Shown here piece by piece: positions 26,158-35,972 of a DNA stretch of 46,568 nucleotides. The notes below the pieces were generated by a model. That model was not told the DNA's origin and did no database searches. It worked only from the letters and a program-made list of their open reading frames with translations. Source of the DNA: a virus (taxonomy: Duplodnaviria; Caudoviricetes); IMG/VR virus record IMGVR_UViG_3300010362_000032, positions 1-46,568 of that record; one strand, written 5' to 3'. Position 1 is the first letter of the stretch; each line of letters opens with the position of its first letter. Both the position numbers and the translations under genes were made by a program.

Positions 26158-27614
26158 TGAAGATCATCGACACCAGCAAGACTCCAAGACTGTCTAACAT
26201 TGACAGCGAGTGGGTCTACAACGGCCTCGATTGCTGCGTTACCGCAGAGATTATGGAAACTCTGGTCGAGCAATTCGACAGCGTTACCACTGCAACCTAT
26301 GACTTCTCACGTGCGTTACAAGGACCCGTATTCGACATGCGTGTCCGTGGCGTTCTCATAGATCAGGAACGCCGTAAGCAAGTCCTTGATGAATACGCTG
26401 GCTTCGTAGATCAATGGGAAGAAATCCTCGAGCGGCTAGTCCGTGAGGGTACAGGCTTCCATGGCTTTAACTGGCGTTCATGGCAAGACCTGCACAAGCT
26501 TCTCTACGATATCTATCTCATCCCACCAATCCGAACCAAGGAAGGTAAGCGTACTGCTAACCGTGATGCACTAGAGAAGATGGAGTTCTATCGCATAGCA
26601 CGCCCTGTAATCCGCTTCATGGAATACCTGCGTGACCTCGACAAGAAGATGGATGTACTAGCACAGGAGTTAGACAATGACGGACGTATACGAACTAGCT
26701 ACAATATTGCTGGCACTAACACTGGTCGTTTTAGCTCTAGCTTTAGCGAGTACGGCACTGGCGGTAACCTACAAAATATTGAAGAGTCTCTCCGGTCGGT
26801 CTTCATAGCTGACCCAGGTATGAAGCTAGCCAACTTCGATGCAGAGCAAGGTGAATCTCGCATAGTCGGAGCCATCGAGTGGAACCTATTCCATAAAGGT
26901 GAGTATCTAGATGCATGCGAGAGTGGCGATCTGCACACAGTAGTATCCCGCTTGTGTGAACCTAGTATGCCTTGGACTGGTGACATGTCTAAAGATCGCG
27001 AGATAGCCGAACGACCATATTATCGCCATCACGATCTACGCAAGCTATGCAAATCAATAGGCCATGGCACCAACTACCTCGGCGGTCCAGATACACTCAG
27101 CCGTCAATACAAGATAGATGTCCCAGCTATAGTGCAATTCCAAGAACGATACTTCGGGGTCTTCCCAGCCCATCAGATGTGGCATAGGTGGGTCAATGAA
27201 AGGGTCAGATCATATGGCTATCTAGTTTCCTTTATGGGCCGTAAGCGTACCTTCTTCGGTAGGCGAGACGATGATAAAGTAATCCGAGAGGCTATAGCTT
27301 ACGATCCACAAGGGTCTCTATCCGACATAGTAAACCAAGGCATGCTTCGAGTATGGCATGCAAGAGACTGTGAACTGCTAATGCAGAACCATGACTCGAT
27401 CTTAGTCCAATACCCACAGGAGCAAGAAGATGAAATCATCCCCAAGCTCCAATCTCAACTGCACCATATAATCCCACTGAAGCATGACCGAACGCTGACC
27501 ATACCATACGGATGCCAGACTGGCTGGAATTGGGGCAAGCATAAAGAGAGCAATCCAGATGGCCTTAAAGCGTACCACCCCGGCGATCAACGGACCCGGC
27601 AAGCGAGCGTGTGA
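26157..27614 (+). CDS. polA: Family A DNA polymerase (ExoIII plus polymerase domain)
   Basis: YNGLD, TGRFSS, NLQNI, motif A DAEQGESR, motif B RKLCKSIGHGTNY, motif C HDS. Confidence 0.95.
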   Translation: MKIIDTSKTPRLSNIDSEWVYNGLDCCVTAEIMETLVEQFDSVTTATYDFSRALQGPVFDMRVRGVLIDQERRKQVLDEYAGFVDQWEEILERLVREGTGFHGFNWRSWQDLHKLLYDIYLIPPIRTKEGKRTANRDALEKMEFYRIARPVIRFMEYLRDLDKKMDVLAQELDNDGRIRTSYNIAGTNTGRFSSSFSEYGTGGNLQNIEESLRSVFIADPGMKLANFDAEQGESRIVGAIEWNLFHKGEYLDACESGDLHTVVSRLCEPSMPWTGDMSKDREIAERPYYRHHDLRKLCKSIGHGTNYLGGPDTLSRQYKIDVPAIVQFQERYFGVFPAHQMWHRWVNERVRSYGYLVSFMGRKRTFFGRRDDDKVIREAIAYDPQGSLSDIVNQGMLRVWHARDCELLMQNHDSILVQYPQEQEDEIIPKLQSQLHHIIPLKHDRTLTIPYGCQTGWNWGKHKESNPDGLKAYHPGDQRTRQASV

Positions 27615-28767
27615 AAGTTGGATAGAATCGTTTGTCAAGTATACCGAGAACCTGGAGTCAGCGCCGATCTTCCGGACGTGGTCTGCGATCACCATGATCG
27701 CTGCAACACTGGAGCAGAAAGTATGGACGAACCTGAGCACCCCACTGTATCCAAACTTGTATACATTTTTGATTGGTCAGCCGGGAATTGGGAAGTCTCG
27801 TGCCATTATGGCTGCAAGCGGCATTGCAAGAGAAGCCCTTCCAGAAATGTTCTTTGGCTCCACATCAATGACAAGGGCATCATTGTCAGACCATATGAAC
27901 GAGGCCAAACGGTTTATCGCGAATATCCCATTTGCCCCAATAGAATATCATTCGCTAGTTATAGTCGCAGATGAATTCTCTGTGCTAATGGATCAGTATG
28001 ATACAGCGTTAACCGCAGCCTTCGTAGAGTTCTACGACTGTAACCCTTATTCCGAAGGTCGACGAGTAGCTAACATCCGGATCAAGGTAGCTAAGCCACA
28101 ACTAACTATGCTCTGTGGCTCCACTCCCAGTAACTTAATGCATACGCTTAAAGATTATGTTTGGGATCAAGGTCTCATGAGCCGTGTCATATTGGTTTAT
28201 TCCGATGACAAACCTGTTATTGATGTGTTCGAAAAGCCTCCGATGGACAAGCCAGAGGAACTCATTCACGACCTTAAGATCATCAATACGATAATAGGTG
28301 AGTTCACGTATACCCCAGGCTTCCGTGATGTCATGAGCAAATGGCGTAACACCGGACAGATACCTGTTCCCGATCATCCTAAGCTTCGACATTATTGTAC
28401 CCGCAGATGGGCTCACCTGTGCAAGCTTACGATGGTAAGCTGCGTAGACCGCGACGGGGGATTGAAGCTCGACGTAGTGGACTTCAATCGAGCAATGAAC
28501 TGGCTCGTCGAGGCTGAGATGGCAATGTCTGCTATATTCCAAGTTGGTACTGTCAGTCCTGACAGTCGTATCATGGACGAAATTGTCTACTTCATTAAGC
28601 AATATCCCAATGGTATTGGGGAGCATCAGGTTGTTAACTTTGCTAGGACCAAGGTACAGGCCTATGCTATTCGACCGCTGATAGAAGCCATGCAACAATC
28701 TAGACAGATTATTGCCAGTGGTATAGGTAAGAATGGCTTGAGGATATTTACTGTACCTAAGGGCTAA
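27559..28767 (+). CDS. DUF3987-like P-loop ATPase, probable replicative helicase
   Basis: LYPNLY..LIGQPGIGKS, VADEF, GLMSR. Confidence 0.75.
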   Translation: MALKRTTPAINGPGKRACESWIESFVKYTENLESAPIFRTWSAITMIAATLEQKVWTNLSTPLYPNLYTFLIGQPGIGKSRAIMAASGIAREALPEMFFGSTSMTRASLSDHMNEAKRFIANIPFAPIEYHSLVIVADEFSVLMDQYDTALTAAFVEFYDCNPYSEGRRVANIRIKVAKPQLTMLCGSTPSNLMHTLKDYVWDQGLMSRVILVYSDDKPVIDVFEKPPMDKPEELIHDLKIINTIIGEFTYTPGFRDVMSKWRNTGQIPVPDHPKLRHYCTRRWAHLCKLTMVSCVDRDGGLKLDVVDFNRAMNWLVEAEMAMSAIFQVGTVSPDSRIMDEIVYFIKQYPNGIGEHQVVNFARTKVQAYAIRPLIEAMQQSRQIIASGIGKNGLRIFTVPKG

Positions 28768-28975
28768 CCTTGACTGGCTGACAGTAGTTGATAGTCCTTT
28801 CAACTGTACGTTCCCAACGCTCACCGTTAGTGTGCTCGAAGTAAGCCACGAAGGCCATGAACGCTATATTGAAGATCAACACGCCTAGGATGACAGGCGT
28901 TGACTTCAACGCATCGACTGCCGATACAGCTACCTTGCCTGCTTCTTCGCCTACACCTGGGTTCATGGTATCCAT
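28757..28975 (-). CDS. Single-TM protein, holin-like
   Basis: PVILGVLIFNIAFMAFVAYF; adjacent to endolysin. Confidence 0.6.
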   Translation of the reverse strand: MDTMNPGVGEEAGKVAVSAVDALKSTPVILGVLIFNIAFMAFVAYFEHTNGERWERTVERTINYCQPVKVSP

Positions 28976-30540
28976 TCCTCACCATTAACCGTTACATATA
29001 CATCACCTTTGATTGTGATATCGTCGATCTCTCCTGCTGTAATGATATCAACCTTGTTAGCAGGCTCTGGTGCAGGCTCTGGCCCAGGACTATATGTGTC
29101 CACCGCCGTTTGCACCGCCATAAGCATCGAGTCAGCACCCTGTCGAAGCTCAACTTCCTTACGATTGATAGGGCCCCAGTGGTTGCATAGGTTCCTCAAA
29201 CCAACCGCACTGACCAGGGCATGAAAAGCCGGAGCATACTTGCTGAGGAACTGATACTGCGCTCCACCACCAGAACCAAAGTTTCCTAAATCGCTTGATT
29301 TCAGCGTCACTCCCTCCTTGAACTGGGCCCTGAATCCACATGGGTTGGACCAGTATTCGGGGAGTAGTGGCGGTAGTGTAGATGAGCATGATCGTATGTT
29401 CCAGCTGGTTTGGAGGAAGCTGGCCTCTGCTGTGTCGGCTGAGGTATTGCTAGCCGACATATCCCTACCTTCGGAATACCGGCCAGATGACTCTCTCATC
29501 CCCAGGCCTAAGATAAAAGCGAATAGATGACGGAGACGATCAACAGGGTGAGCAGCTGCGCTGTTATCCATACCCAGGTTTCGATACTCAGTAGCATAGA
29601 CCGTAAACACATCCTTGCTGTCCCCCGTAGCAGCCTTAGCCATCTGCTGTGCCGCAGCGTCGTCAGAGTTGAGTCGCTGATAGGCCAGAGCAAAGCTCAG
29701 CGCTACACCAACCGTATGCCCATATGGGGCCCTACCCCTGCCACTCCAATTATAGTTGGCAATGGGGTCGGTCTTAGCGATGTCAATGATGATGCCAATC
29801 AACTCCGTATCTAACCCGTCGTCACCAGCAGCTACCTTAGCATCTAGTTCATCTAGCTTACCCCAAGTAGTAGGCCCAACTACCCCGTCCTGTGCGATCG
29901 AACAAGCCGCCTGATAGCCTCTGACTGCCCCATCAGTGATTGGACCGAAATCACCATCGGCTGGGTACACGCCCAGTGTAGTCTGGCAAGCAACAACGTC
30001 CGGTCCCCTAGAGCCTTGCCGAATGGTCGACCTGGGTACCGCTGGCATAGGAGCATTCTTGGGCCACATGATCCCGGTCACGTTAGACTTAGGGAACGAT
30101 GTAACATTCACGCTATCGCTTTGGTTCCCGCCTCGACAGTTGATGTTCGACCCACTCTCACTCTCGAAGAATGTCACATGGTTACCGCCGGAGCGAGTCA
30201 TTACGACAATAGCACCAGGAACGTAGCTAGAGAGTTCTACAAAGTCCGGGGACGTTCGGAAGCTATCCGCCCAGCCGAACCTTGTGGTGTCAGTATTGCC
30301 GAAAGGGGGCATGTAGCCAGCCTCACTAACGCAGTATCCAGCAGCAACTCCGCACCATGCTGTCTCGTCACTATTCCAAGCTGGCTGGTCGCAGTACGCT
30401 GCCATTCCGGGAACGTCTGGCCATGCTCGCTTGATTTCATCTGTCATTCCTGTGATAACTGGGTTAGCCTCGGGACCAGCAATTTCCCTTGTTCCGGTTA
30501 AAGTCCGCATAACGTTAAGCCACGGGGGTACATCACTCAT
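28963..30540 (-). CDS. Modular endolysin: TIGR02594/NlpC-P60-like + PG-binding + C-terminal domain
   Basis: PPW..DETAWCG..HV.F..GGNQS; GSRGPDV..Q..DGDFGP.T..AV..YQ..DGVVGPTTW; GMRESSG. Confidence 0.85.
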   Translation of the reverse strand: MSDVPPWLNVMRTLTGTREIAGPEANPVITGMTDEIKRAWPDVPGMAAYCDQPAWNSDETAWCGVAAGYCVSEAGYMPPFGNTDTTRFGWADSFRTSPDFVELSSYVPGAIVVMTRSGGNHVTFFESESGSNINCRGGNQSDSVNVTSFPKSNVTGIMWPKNAPMPAVPRSTIRQGSRGPDVVACQTTLGVYPADGDFGPITDGAVRGYQAACSIAQDGVVGPTTWGKLDELDAKVAAGDDGLDTELIGIIIDIAKTDPIANYNWSGRGRAPYGHTVGVALSFALAYQRLNSDDAAAQQMAKAATGDSKDVFTVYATEYRNLGMDNSAAAHPVDRLRHLFAFILGLGMRESSGRYSEGRDMSASNTSADTAEASFLQTSWNIRSCSSTLPPLLPEYWSNPCGFRAQFKEGVTLKSSDLGNFGSGGGAQYQFLSKYAPAFHALVSAVGLRNLCNHWGPINRKEVELRQGADSMLMAVQTAVDTYSPGPEPAPEPANKVDIITAGEIDDITIKGDVYVTVNGEEWIP

Positions 30541-30549
30541 TTTAGCCTC

Positions 30550-30918
30550 CTATCCTGGGCAGTCAGGTGGTGCCCAATTTGATACACCTTGGCCAGCTTT
30601 GATATAGGCATTGATACCATTGATAGTTCCATTCCTGGCCCTATCCGGTTGGCCTCGATCGTCCTTCATCCAGACTTCGAACATATGGACGATGTGTTGT
30701 TTAAGTGCTTCATCTAGTGCGTCCAGCATTATACCTTTGAGCTTCTCTCGTGTCGCTGCATCAGTACACTGAACTGGCTGAGCCGAAGCACTCTCTAACA
30801 TAAATGGCATCTGAACTTGTTCTGTTGTCTCCCAATAATCTTTACCGCAGAACGCGAGTGCAAGCAAAATAACTATAACCAGAAATAAGACTATCGCTGC
30901 TCTATGGGCTGCTTTCAC
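30550..30918 (-). CDS. Membrane-anchored protein in lysis region
   Basis: N-terminal TM AAIVLFLVIVILLALAFC. Confidence 0.6.
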   Translation of the reverse strand: MKAAHRAAIVLFLVIVILLALAFCGKDYWETTEQVQMPFMLESASAQPVQCTDAATREKLKGIMLDALDEALKQHIVHMFEVWMKDDRGQPDRARNGTINGINAYIKAGQGVSNWAPPDCPG

Positions 30919-33900
30919 TGGAATATCCTTTGCAACAGTGGTTTAGCATGTTTTTCTTCATGCTCAGTTGGTTCTGTTCTGCCCCACCTTGCAACTCTAA
31001 TCATCTCACTTGGGCTTTCTGGTAGCCGCTCTTCGCCTTCATGTAGTTTATATATATAGTTAAGCCATGTCCCAGGCTTAGCCATTGGCGTAGCCGCTAC
31101 CAAGCCCATCAACTCCATTGAGTGTTGCGTTAGATTACCGTAGTTCCAGTCATCCTCGTTAAGGCCTTTAGCAACATCATGACCGATATTGTATATGAAC
31201 TTGAAACCATTCCACACAAATCCAAAGTTTCTCTCTGACCCAGTTATCCAATAGTGCATTGCATCGCGAACAATCGGTATAGGTGCAGCCACACCCTGAG
31301 CTATGTACTTCGCACCACAAAGCATAACATCATCGTCTTCCTTACATATGGGGTCAGCTAAGTCTTCAAGTAATGTTGGTAACGCGAAGTACACAAACAT
31401 GTCAGCTGCGATCGCCCTTAGGTCATGGAACGCACCCCTAGGCGATTGACCCGTAAGCATATCCTTAGTCATAGCCATCATACGATATCTGCGTACAAGC
31501 ACGTTAGTCATGAAGTTCAGAGCACGAGACATAGTAAAGGTTAACGAGTCTTGTTGCCTCAATAGAGTAGACTTAGACGTTATAGCGGTTGATCCGTGTG
31601 AGCCTCTAACTGCATGGTCAGCTATATCAACAGCATCTAAGTGTGCTTCCCATAGAGCGTCATTGAACTCAGCTGGACTTAGCCCAGCCTTGTCTTGTAC
31701 CTCCTTAGTTCTTAGGTCCATTTCTTTATGATAACGCGTATCCCAAGTTAACAAAGATGCCTCGTTATCAACCGTAGCCAGCATATAAGTGGCTATACGG
31801 TTATTGTACTGCCTTGCCCTCCCCATAGTATTACCCATCAAGCTCAGCTTACCAAGCGCTTCGCTAGCAGTCAGCGATAGGTCATCTTTCCAATAGGGTT
31901 GTCGTATCTGTAACTCCCCTGATCCAGGCCATTGTCGACCAGCAACCCAACCACCTCTTAATGCGAAGTCTCTAGCCTCTCGTCTAGTAGCCCTATTGGT
32001 TGTAAATATGCGTCTAACCCCTTCTAGCACAGTCTTCGGATTACCTATCTGCCTTAAGGCTTGCATTACTGCCTGCGGCCCATGCTTCTCAAATGTCCCA
32101 ACGTTATATCCAATTGCGTTGGTTAATCCTCTACCAGATACTTCATTAAGAAGGCGTCGCGTTGCATTTGCGAATTCACCCGGTACTCCATCATGGCGAG
32201 CCATATCATTAAATAGCTGGCGAAGCATCGAATTATACTCGTCACCAAACTTGCGATAGATCGCGTTACTAACAGACTCATGTTGAAGTATCTTATTAAA
32301 GATATCCCTTACAGGCTCCATATGGATATATCTAAGCCTATTGTTTATCTCATTAGTAACCCAACCCAGGCTCAGATCGACTGGATAGACCTGCCCAGTT
32401 CTTGGCTCTGCCCACCCATGCTCGATCTTCACCCTTCTAGGCGATGGATTTTCAGTAATATTCTGTCTACCTTTATCTAAGACCCTATCTCGTACTCTAG
32501 GCCAATACCAGCCATCGCGTTCACCGAACGGCGTCCATACTTTTCCAGGTACATCCTTCTCTAATATTGTACCACTTCGCTGCATAGTCATTGCATTTTC
32601 GCGATCTAATAGTTCAACAAAAAGATCACTATATACCTTAGCTATTTCGTAGTGCACAGGCTTTAAGACCTTGCTAGCAAAGAACTTAAGCTCATCTGGC
32701 GTTAGGTTGTATCCAGGCGCTGTATGAGCTATAGCCTCTTCGCTGCCCATACTCAATGCTAACCCAACCAGATGCTCGTTCCTTACATCTAGCAGGTCCT
32801 TCTGTGTCCCTACAAACTTCTTGCTTCCGTCTGCGTTCCTAACCCACCACTGTGGATGGCTTAGAGTATCGTTCTCAACCTTCTTCTGCATCCAACCTCT
32901 AGTCAGTCCAGCTTTCTTCAATACTGGCTCAAGGCCCTCACGCAGCATCCTAGCCAATTCTTTTTGAGATCGCTTCATCGATAGGGCTGCTTCATTAGCC
33001 CTATTGAAGAACAGTCTCTGCCACACATTCTTCTCATCGTATCTAGCCAACCTTTCCGCAAACGCTTCTGGTGTCTTTAAGTTGGCTGAAGTCATCCGCC
33101 AGCCCCACACGAGACCTCTGGCTATAGGGCCTTTAGGATGCATTGCATCGCCAAATGTTTCTACTGCATGTGCAAATAGTGGAGCGAGTTCATCGATATG
33201 ATAATCCTTTCCTCTGATATTGATTAGGTTCTGGCCACTGTCTGTTCCTATCTTCTTTAAAGCCCTAAGAGAATTGGTCAACGCATTGCGTTGCCTAACA
33301 GTCATCTCACCCCATTGCAGAGTCTGCCCATCGTTATTCAATAACTCATTTGGTTTAAACAAATCCTCCCATATGGGCATGTTTGGATTGTAAGTTGTTC
33401 CATAGTCCTCCCAACCCTTGGGCAACCCAACCGCTCCTGGGTCTTGTGGATCGATTGGCATTTCATGGCTATTAGAGAAATCCTCAAGTGTCTTATGCTG
33501 TACTTCTGGCCTAGCCAGCGTTTCCTCCAGATGCTCTCTACTCCTGTTGGTCGGTACTCCATGGTTAAGCATTATCCAGTGTGCCCAATCATAATACCGT
33601 GGACCAACGCCAGGTGGTTCAGCCTTGCGGAATGGCTTCAATACCGTTCGATCATCGCTCCTAAACCGCCTTTCTGCCTCTTTAACATATCTAGCTTTAG
33701 CTAACTGATGCACCATCTTCTGCCTACCTATGTAGGCTCCCATAACGTCGCCTTTACCCAAAGCTATAAATGCTTCCTTCCCAGCACGGCCAAGTTCTTT
33801 AGTAGTATCGTATAAACTGATATCCTTCCATGGTGTCTTTAGAACTGACTCTTGAGCCATCTTATTGATAGCTGCCCTATCATGTGGAGGCTCTAAACCA

Positions 33901-35972
33901 AGAGTATGTCCTAGTGCTACATACTCAGCCCAAATCAAATCCTCAGCTTTAAGGTCTGTTATATGTTCGCGAGCCATTGCAGTTGTTAGCTGATCCCTAT
34001 CTCCGAACTGCAAGTCAAGCCTACGCTGAGCCTCCGCTGCTGCAACCTTAGCCCTAAGCTGCTGATAAGTCCCTTTACCCTTCTGGTTGCGGAAGTTAAT
34101 CATCCCCTGGATAAACTCATCGCCATTCTTAAATCCCATCTCACCAGCAACCAAGTCAGGGTTAAGCCCATTCTTTGCTTGCCAGTGCTCTGGAAACGCC
34201 TTGCGTTGTTCCGGAGTGAGAAACTGTGGATCGATCTTAGGTATCAATCCAATCTTCTCACCATGCCATTCGCCTAGGTTCATAAACCTCCAAGCTTTAA
34301 AGTCGGGTCTATCCTCTACATCCTTTAACGATTGTTCGAGATGCTCTGCTCCAGCCTTGTTATACTCTTGGCTAATCTTAGTTTCAGCTTTAGCCTTTTC
34401 AACCTTCATAACCTTGGCATCGTCTTTTGCCTTTAACGCCAATATTGCCTTAATGATCCGATCTTCATCCTTTCCAGGCAATACAGTCCCAGGAGTAAAC
34501 ACTATAGTTCCGTCTTCCTTAATATCAGCTAGGATCGAGTCTAGTCCACCTGCTCTTCTAATCTCGTTAATCATTTGCTGCGTCTCGTTATCCGCAGCTG
34601 GTAGATCGCGTTCTGGCCCAGGCTCTTTCATTTCCTCTTTGGTATATAGATCAGGTCGTACCCTAACGTGATCCGCAAGCTCTTTCTCAACCTTAGGATC
34701 AACCTTGCTCCAATCATCAAACGATATCTTTAAGTCCTCACCATCAAACAACATCTTCCTCCACTTCTCCTGTATACCTGGGACATCGCCTAGCAACCCA
34801 TCTCCAGGCTCAGGAGACTTACCCTCTGGATACATCTTCTTAACCATATCCGACTTTAATCCGATGGGGACTTTGCTGTTTAAGAACGCAGACCAACTCT
34901 CAGGGCTAATCTCTTTAGTCTCAGACTTACCTGCGTCCTTAATCGCCTGCTTGTATGCTTCAATTGCAGCTTTGGATTCATCTTCCGCTACCTTATCCCA
35001 AGCTCTATATGCACCTGTTGGTGGCATTTCTCCATTCTCGAGATGTCGCGTTACAAACCTACCAGTGGTTATCATCTTGCCTAACGCAACCGGTTCGCCT
35101 ACAAACAGTGCACCACCAACCATAGCAGCAGTCATAGTCTTAGCGTCAAGTTCTCCTTTCATTAGCATTTCTTGTGTGCCTTCAAGGGCAGCACCAGCTA
35201 CAGCCATGCCTAGCCGTAACGGCATTTGTGCCTTTATTGCAGCCTTAGTAAATCCACCAATGCCAAAGAACGGTGCAGCAGCCGCAGTTTCACCTATAAC
35301 TGCTGCATATGGATGTTCTTCTCTACCTTGCTCTAACCTGTGATATTCCTCAGGCCACCATTTCTGCGTTGCCAATGATTGCAGCCATGACTCGGCTATA
35401 CCGCCAGCTATGCCTGCACCACCAACAGCGGCTATAGCTCCAATCGGTATACCAGCAACAGTGCCAAGCCCTGGCGCTACCACCGTTCCAGCGAGAGCCC
35501 CTGCTCCAGCACCAGCTGCCATAGCTGGTAACGAGTGCAGAAAATGCCTCCCACCAACCGCTACGAAGCTCTCCGGATCATGCTCGATCTGTCTAAGTAA
35601 TAGTGGTGCCAAGCCAAGGAATGGATTAGGGTTAATGAACGGTAACAGGTTCTTCCAAGAGTAACTAAACTTATGTAGGTTCGGTATATCATCCTGGCTA
35701 ACTGCACTAGCCAATGGATGATTGACCATATAATCCCGTATCATGGGATTGTCAGCTGTAACGGTCTGCGTTAAGTCTGACTTATAGGCTCGTTCTGCCA
35801 TATCGTAATGGCTTAAAATGTACTCTGCGTCACCGCCGAGCCTTCTAGCCATGTCAAGAGATTTCGCAGCGTTATCCTTATTAAGGCCCTGCCCCTTAAT
35901 AACGTTAGCCTGAGCCCGCTCGTTCTCAAGCCCTTGCCAAATACTAAAATAATCTGGTACAGGTTCGGCCAT
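30915..35972 (-). CDS. Large internal virion (DNA ejection) protein
   Basis: 1685 aa, third gene of ejection cluster, Gly/Ala-rich hydrophobic segment near N-terminus. Confidence 0.8.
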   Translation of the reverse strand: MAEPVPDYFSIWQGLENERAQANVIKGQGLNKDNAAKSLDMARRLGGDAEYILSHYDMAERAYKSDLTQTVTADNPMIRDYMVNHPLASAVSQDDIPNLHKFSYSWKNLLPFINPNPFLGLAPLLLRQIEHDPESFVAVGGRHFLHSLPAMAAGAGAGALAGTVVAPGLGTVAGIPIGAIAAVGGAGIAGGIAESWLQSLATQKWWPEEYHRLEQGREEHPYAAVIGETAAAAPFFGIGGFTKAAIKAQMPLRLGMAVAGAALEGTQEMLMKGELDAKTMTAAMVGGALFVGEPVALGKMITTGRFVTRHLENGEMPPTGAYRAWDKVAEDESKAAIEAYKQAIKDAGKSETKEISPESWSAFLNSKVPIGLKSDMVKKMYPEGKSPEPGDGLLGDVPGIQEKWRKMLFDGEDLKISFDDWSKVDPKVEKELADHVRVRPDLYTKEEMKEPGPERDLPAADNETQQMINEIRRAGGLDSILADIKEDGTIVFTPGTVLPGKDEDRIIKAILALKAKDDAKVMKVEKAKAETKISQEYNKAGAEHLEQSLKDVEDRPDFKAWRFMNLGEWHGEKIGLIPKIDPQFLTPEQRKAFPEHWQAKNGLNPDLVAGEMGFKNGDEFIQGMINFRNQKGKGTYQQLRAKVAAAEAQRRLDLQFGDRDQLTTAMAREHITDLKAEDLIWAEYVALGHTLGLEPPHDRAAINKMAQESVLKTPWKDISLYDTTKELGRAGKEAFIALGKGDVMGAYIGRQKMVHQLAKARYVKEAERRFRSDDRTVLKPFRKAEPPGVGPRYYDWAHWIMLNHGVPTNRSREHLEETLARPEVQHKTLEDFSNSHEMPIDPQDPGAVGLPKGWEDYGTTYNPNMPIWEDLFKPNELLNNDGQTLQWGEMTVRQRNALTNSLRALKKIGTDSGQNLINIRGKDYHIDELAPLFAHAVETFGDAMHPKGPIARGLVWGWRMTSANLKTPEAFAERLARYDEKNVWQRLFFNRANEAALSMKRSQKELARMLREGLEPVLKKAGLTRGWMQKKVENDTLSHPQWWVRNADGSKKFVGTQKDLLDVRNEHLVGLALSMGSEEAIAHTAPGYNLTPDELKFFASKVLKPVHYEIAKVYSDLFVELLDRENAMTMQRSGTILEKDVPGKVWTPFGERDGWYWPRVRDRVLDKGRQNITENPSPRRVKIEHGWAEPRTGQVYPVDLSLGWVTNEINNRLRYIHMEPVRDIFNKILQHESVSNAIYRKFGDEYNSMLRQLFNDMARHDGVPGEFANATRRLLNEVSGRGLTNAIGYNVGTFEKHGPQAVMQALRQIGNPKTVLEGVRRIFTTNRATRREARDFALRGGWVAGRQWPGSGELQIRQPYWKDDLSLTASEALGKLSLMGNTMGRARQYNNRIATYMLATVDNEASLLTWDTRYHKEMDLRTKEVQDKAGLSPAEFNDALWEAHLDAVDIADHAVRGSHGSTAITSKSTLLRQQDSLTFTMSRALNFMTNVLVRRYRMMAMTKDMLTGQSPRGAFHDLRAIAADMFVYFALPTLLEDLADPICKEDDDVMLCGAKYIAQGVAAPIPIVRDAMHYWITGSERNFGFVWNGFKFIYNIGHDVAKGLNEDDWNYGNLTQHSMELMGLVAATPMAKPGTWLNYIYKLHEGEERLPESPSEMIRVARWGRTEPTEHEEKHAKPLLQRIFQ

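Noticed and set aside
28135-35343. Long antisense ORFs (28135-28824, 34087-34671, 34705-35343)
   Set aside because: Fully overlap well-supported genes on the opposite strand
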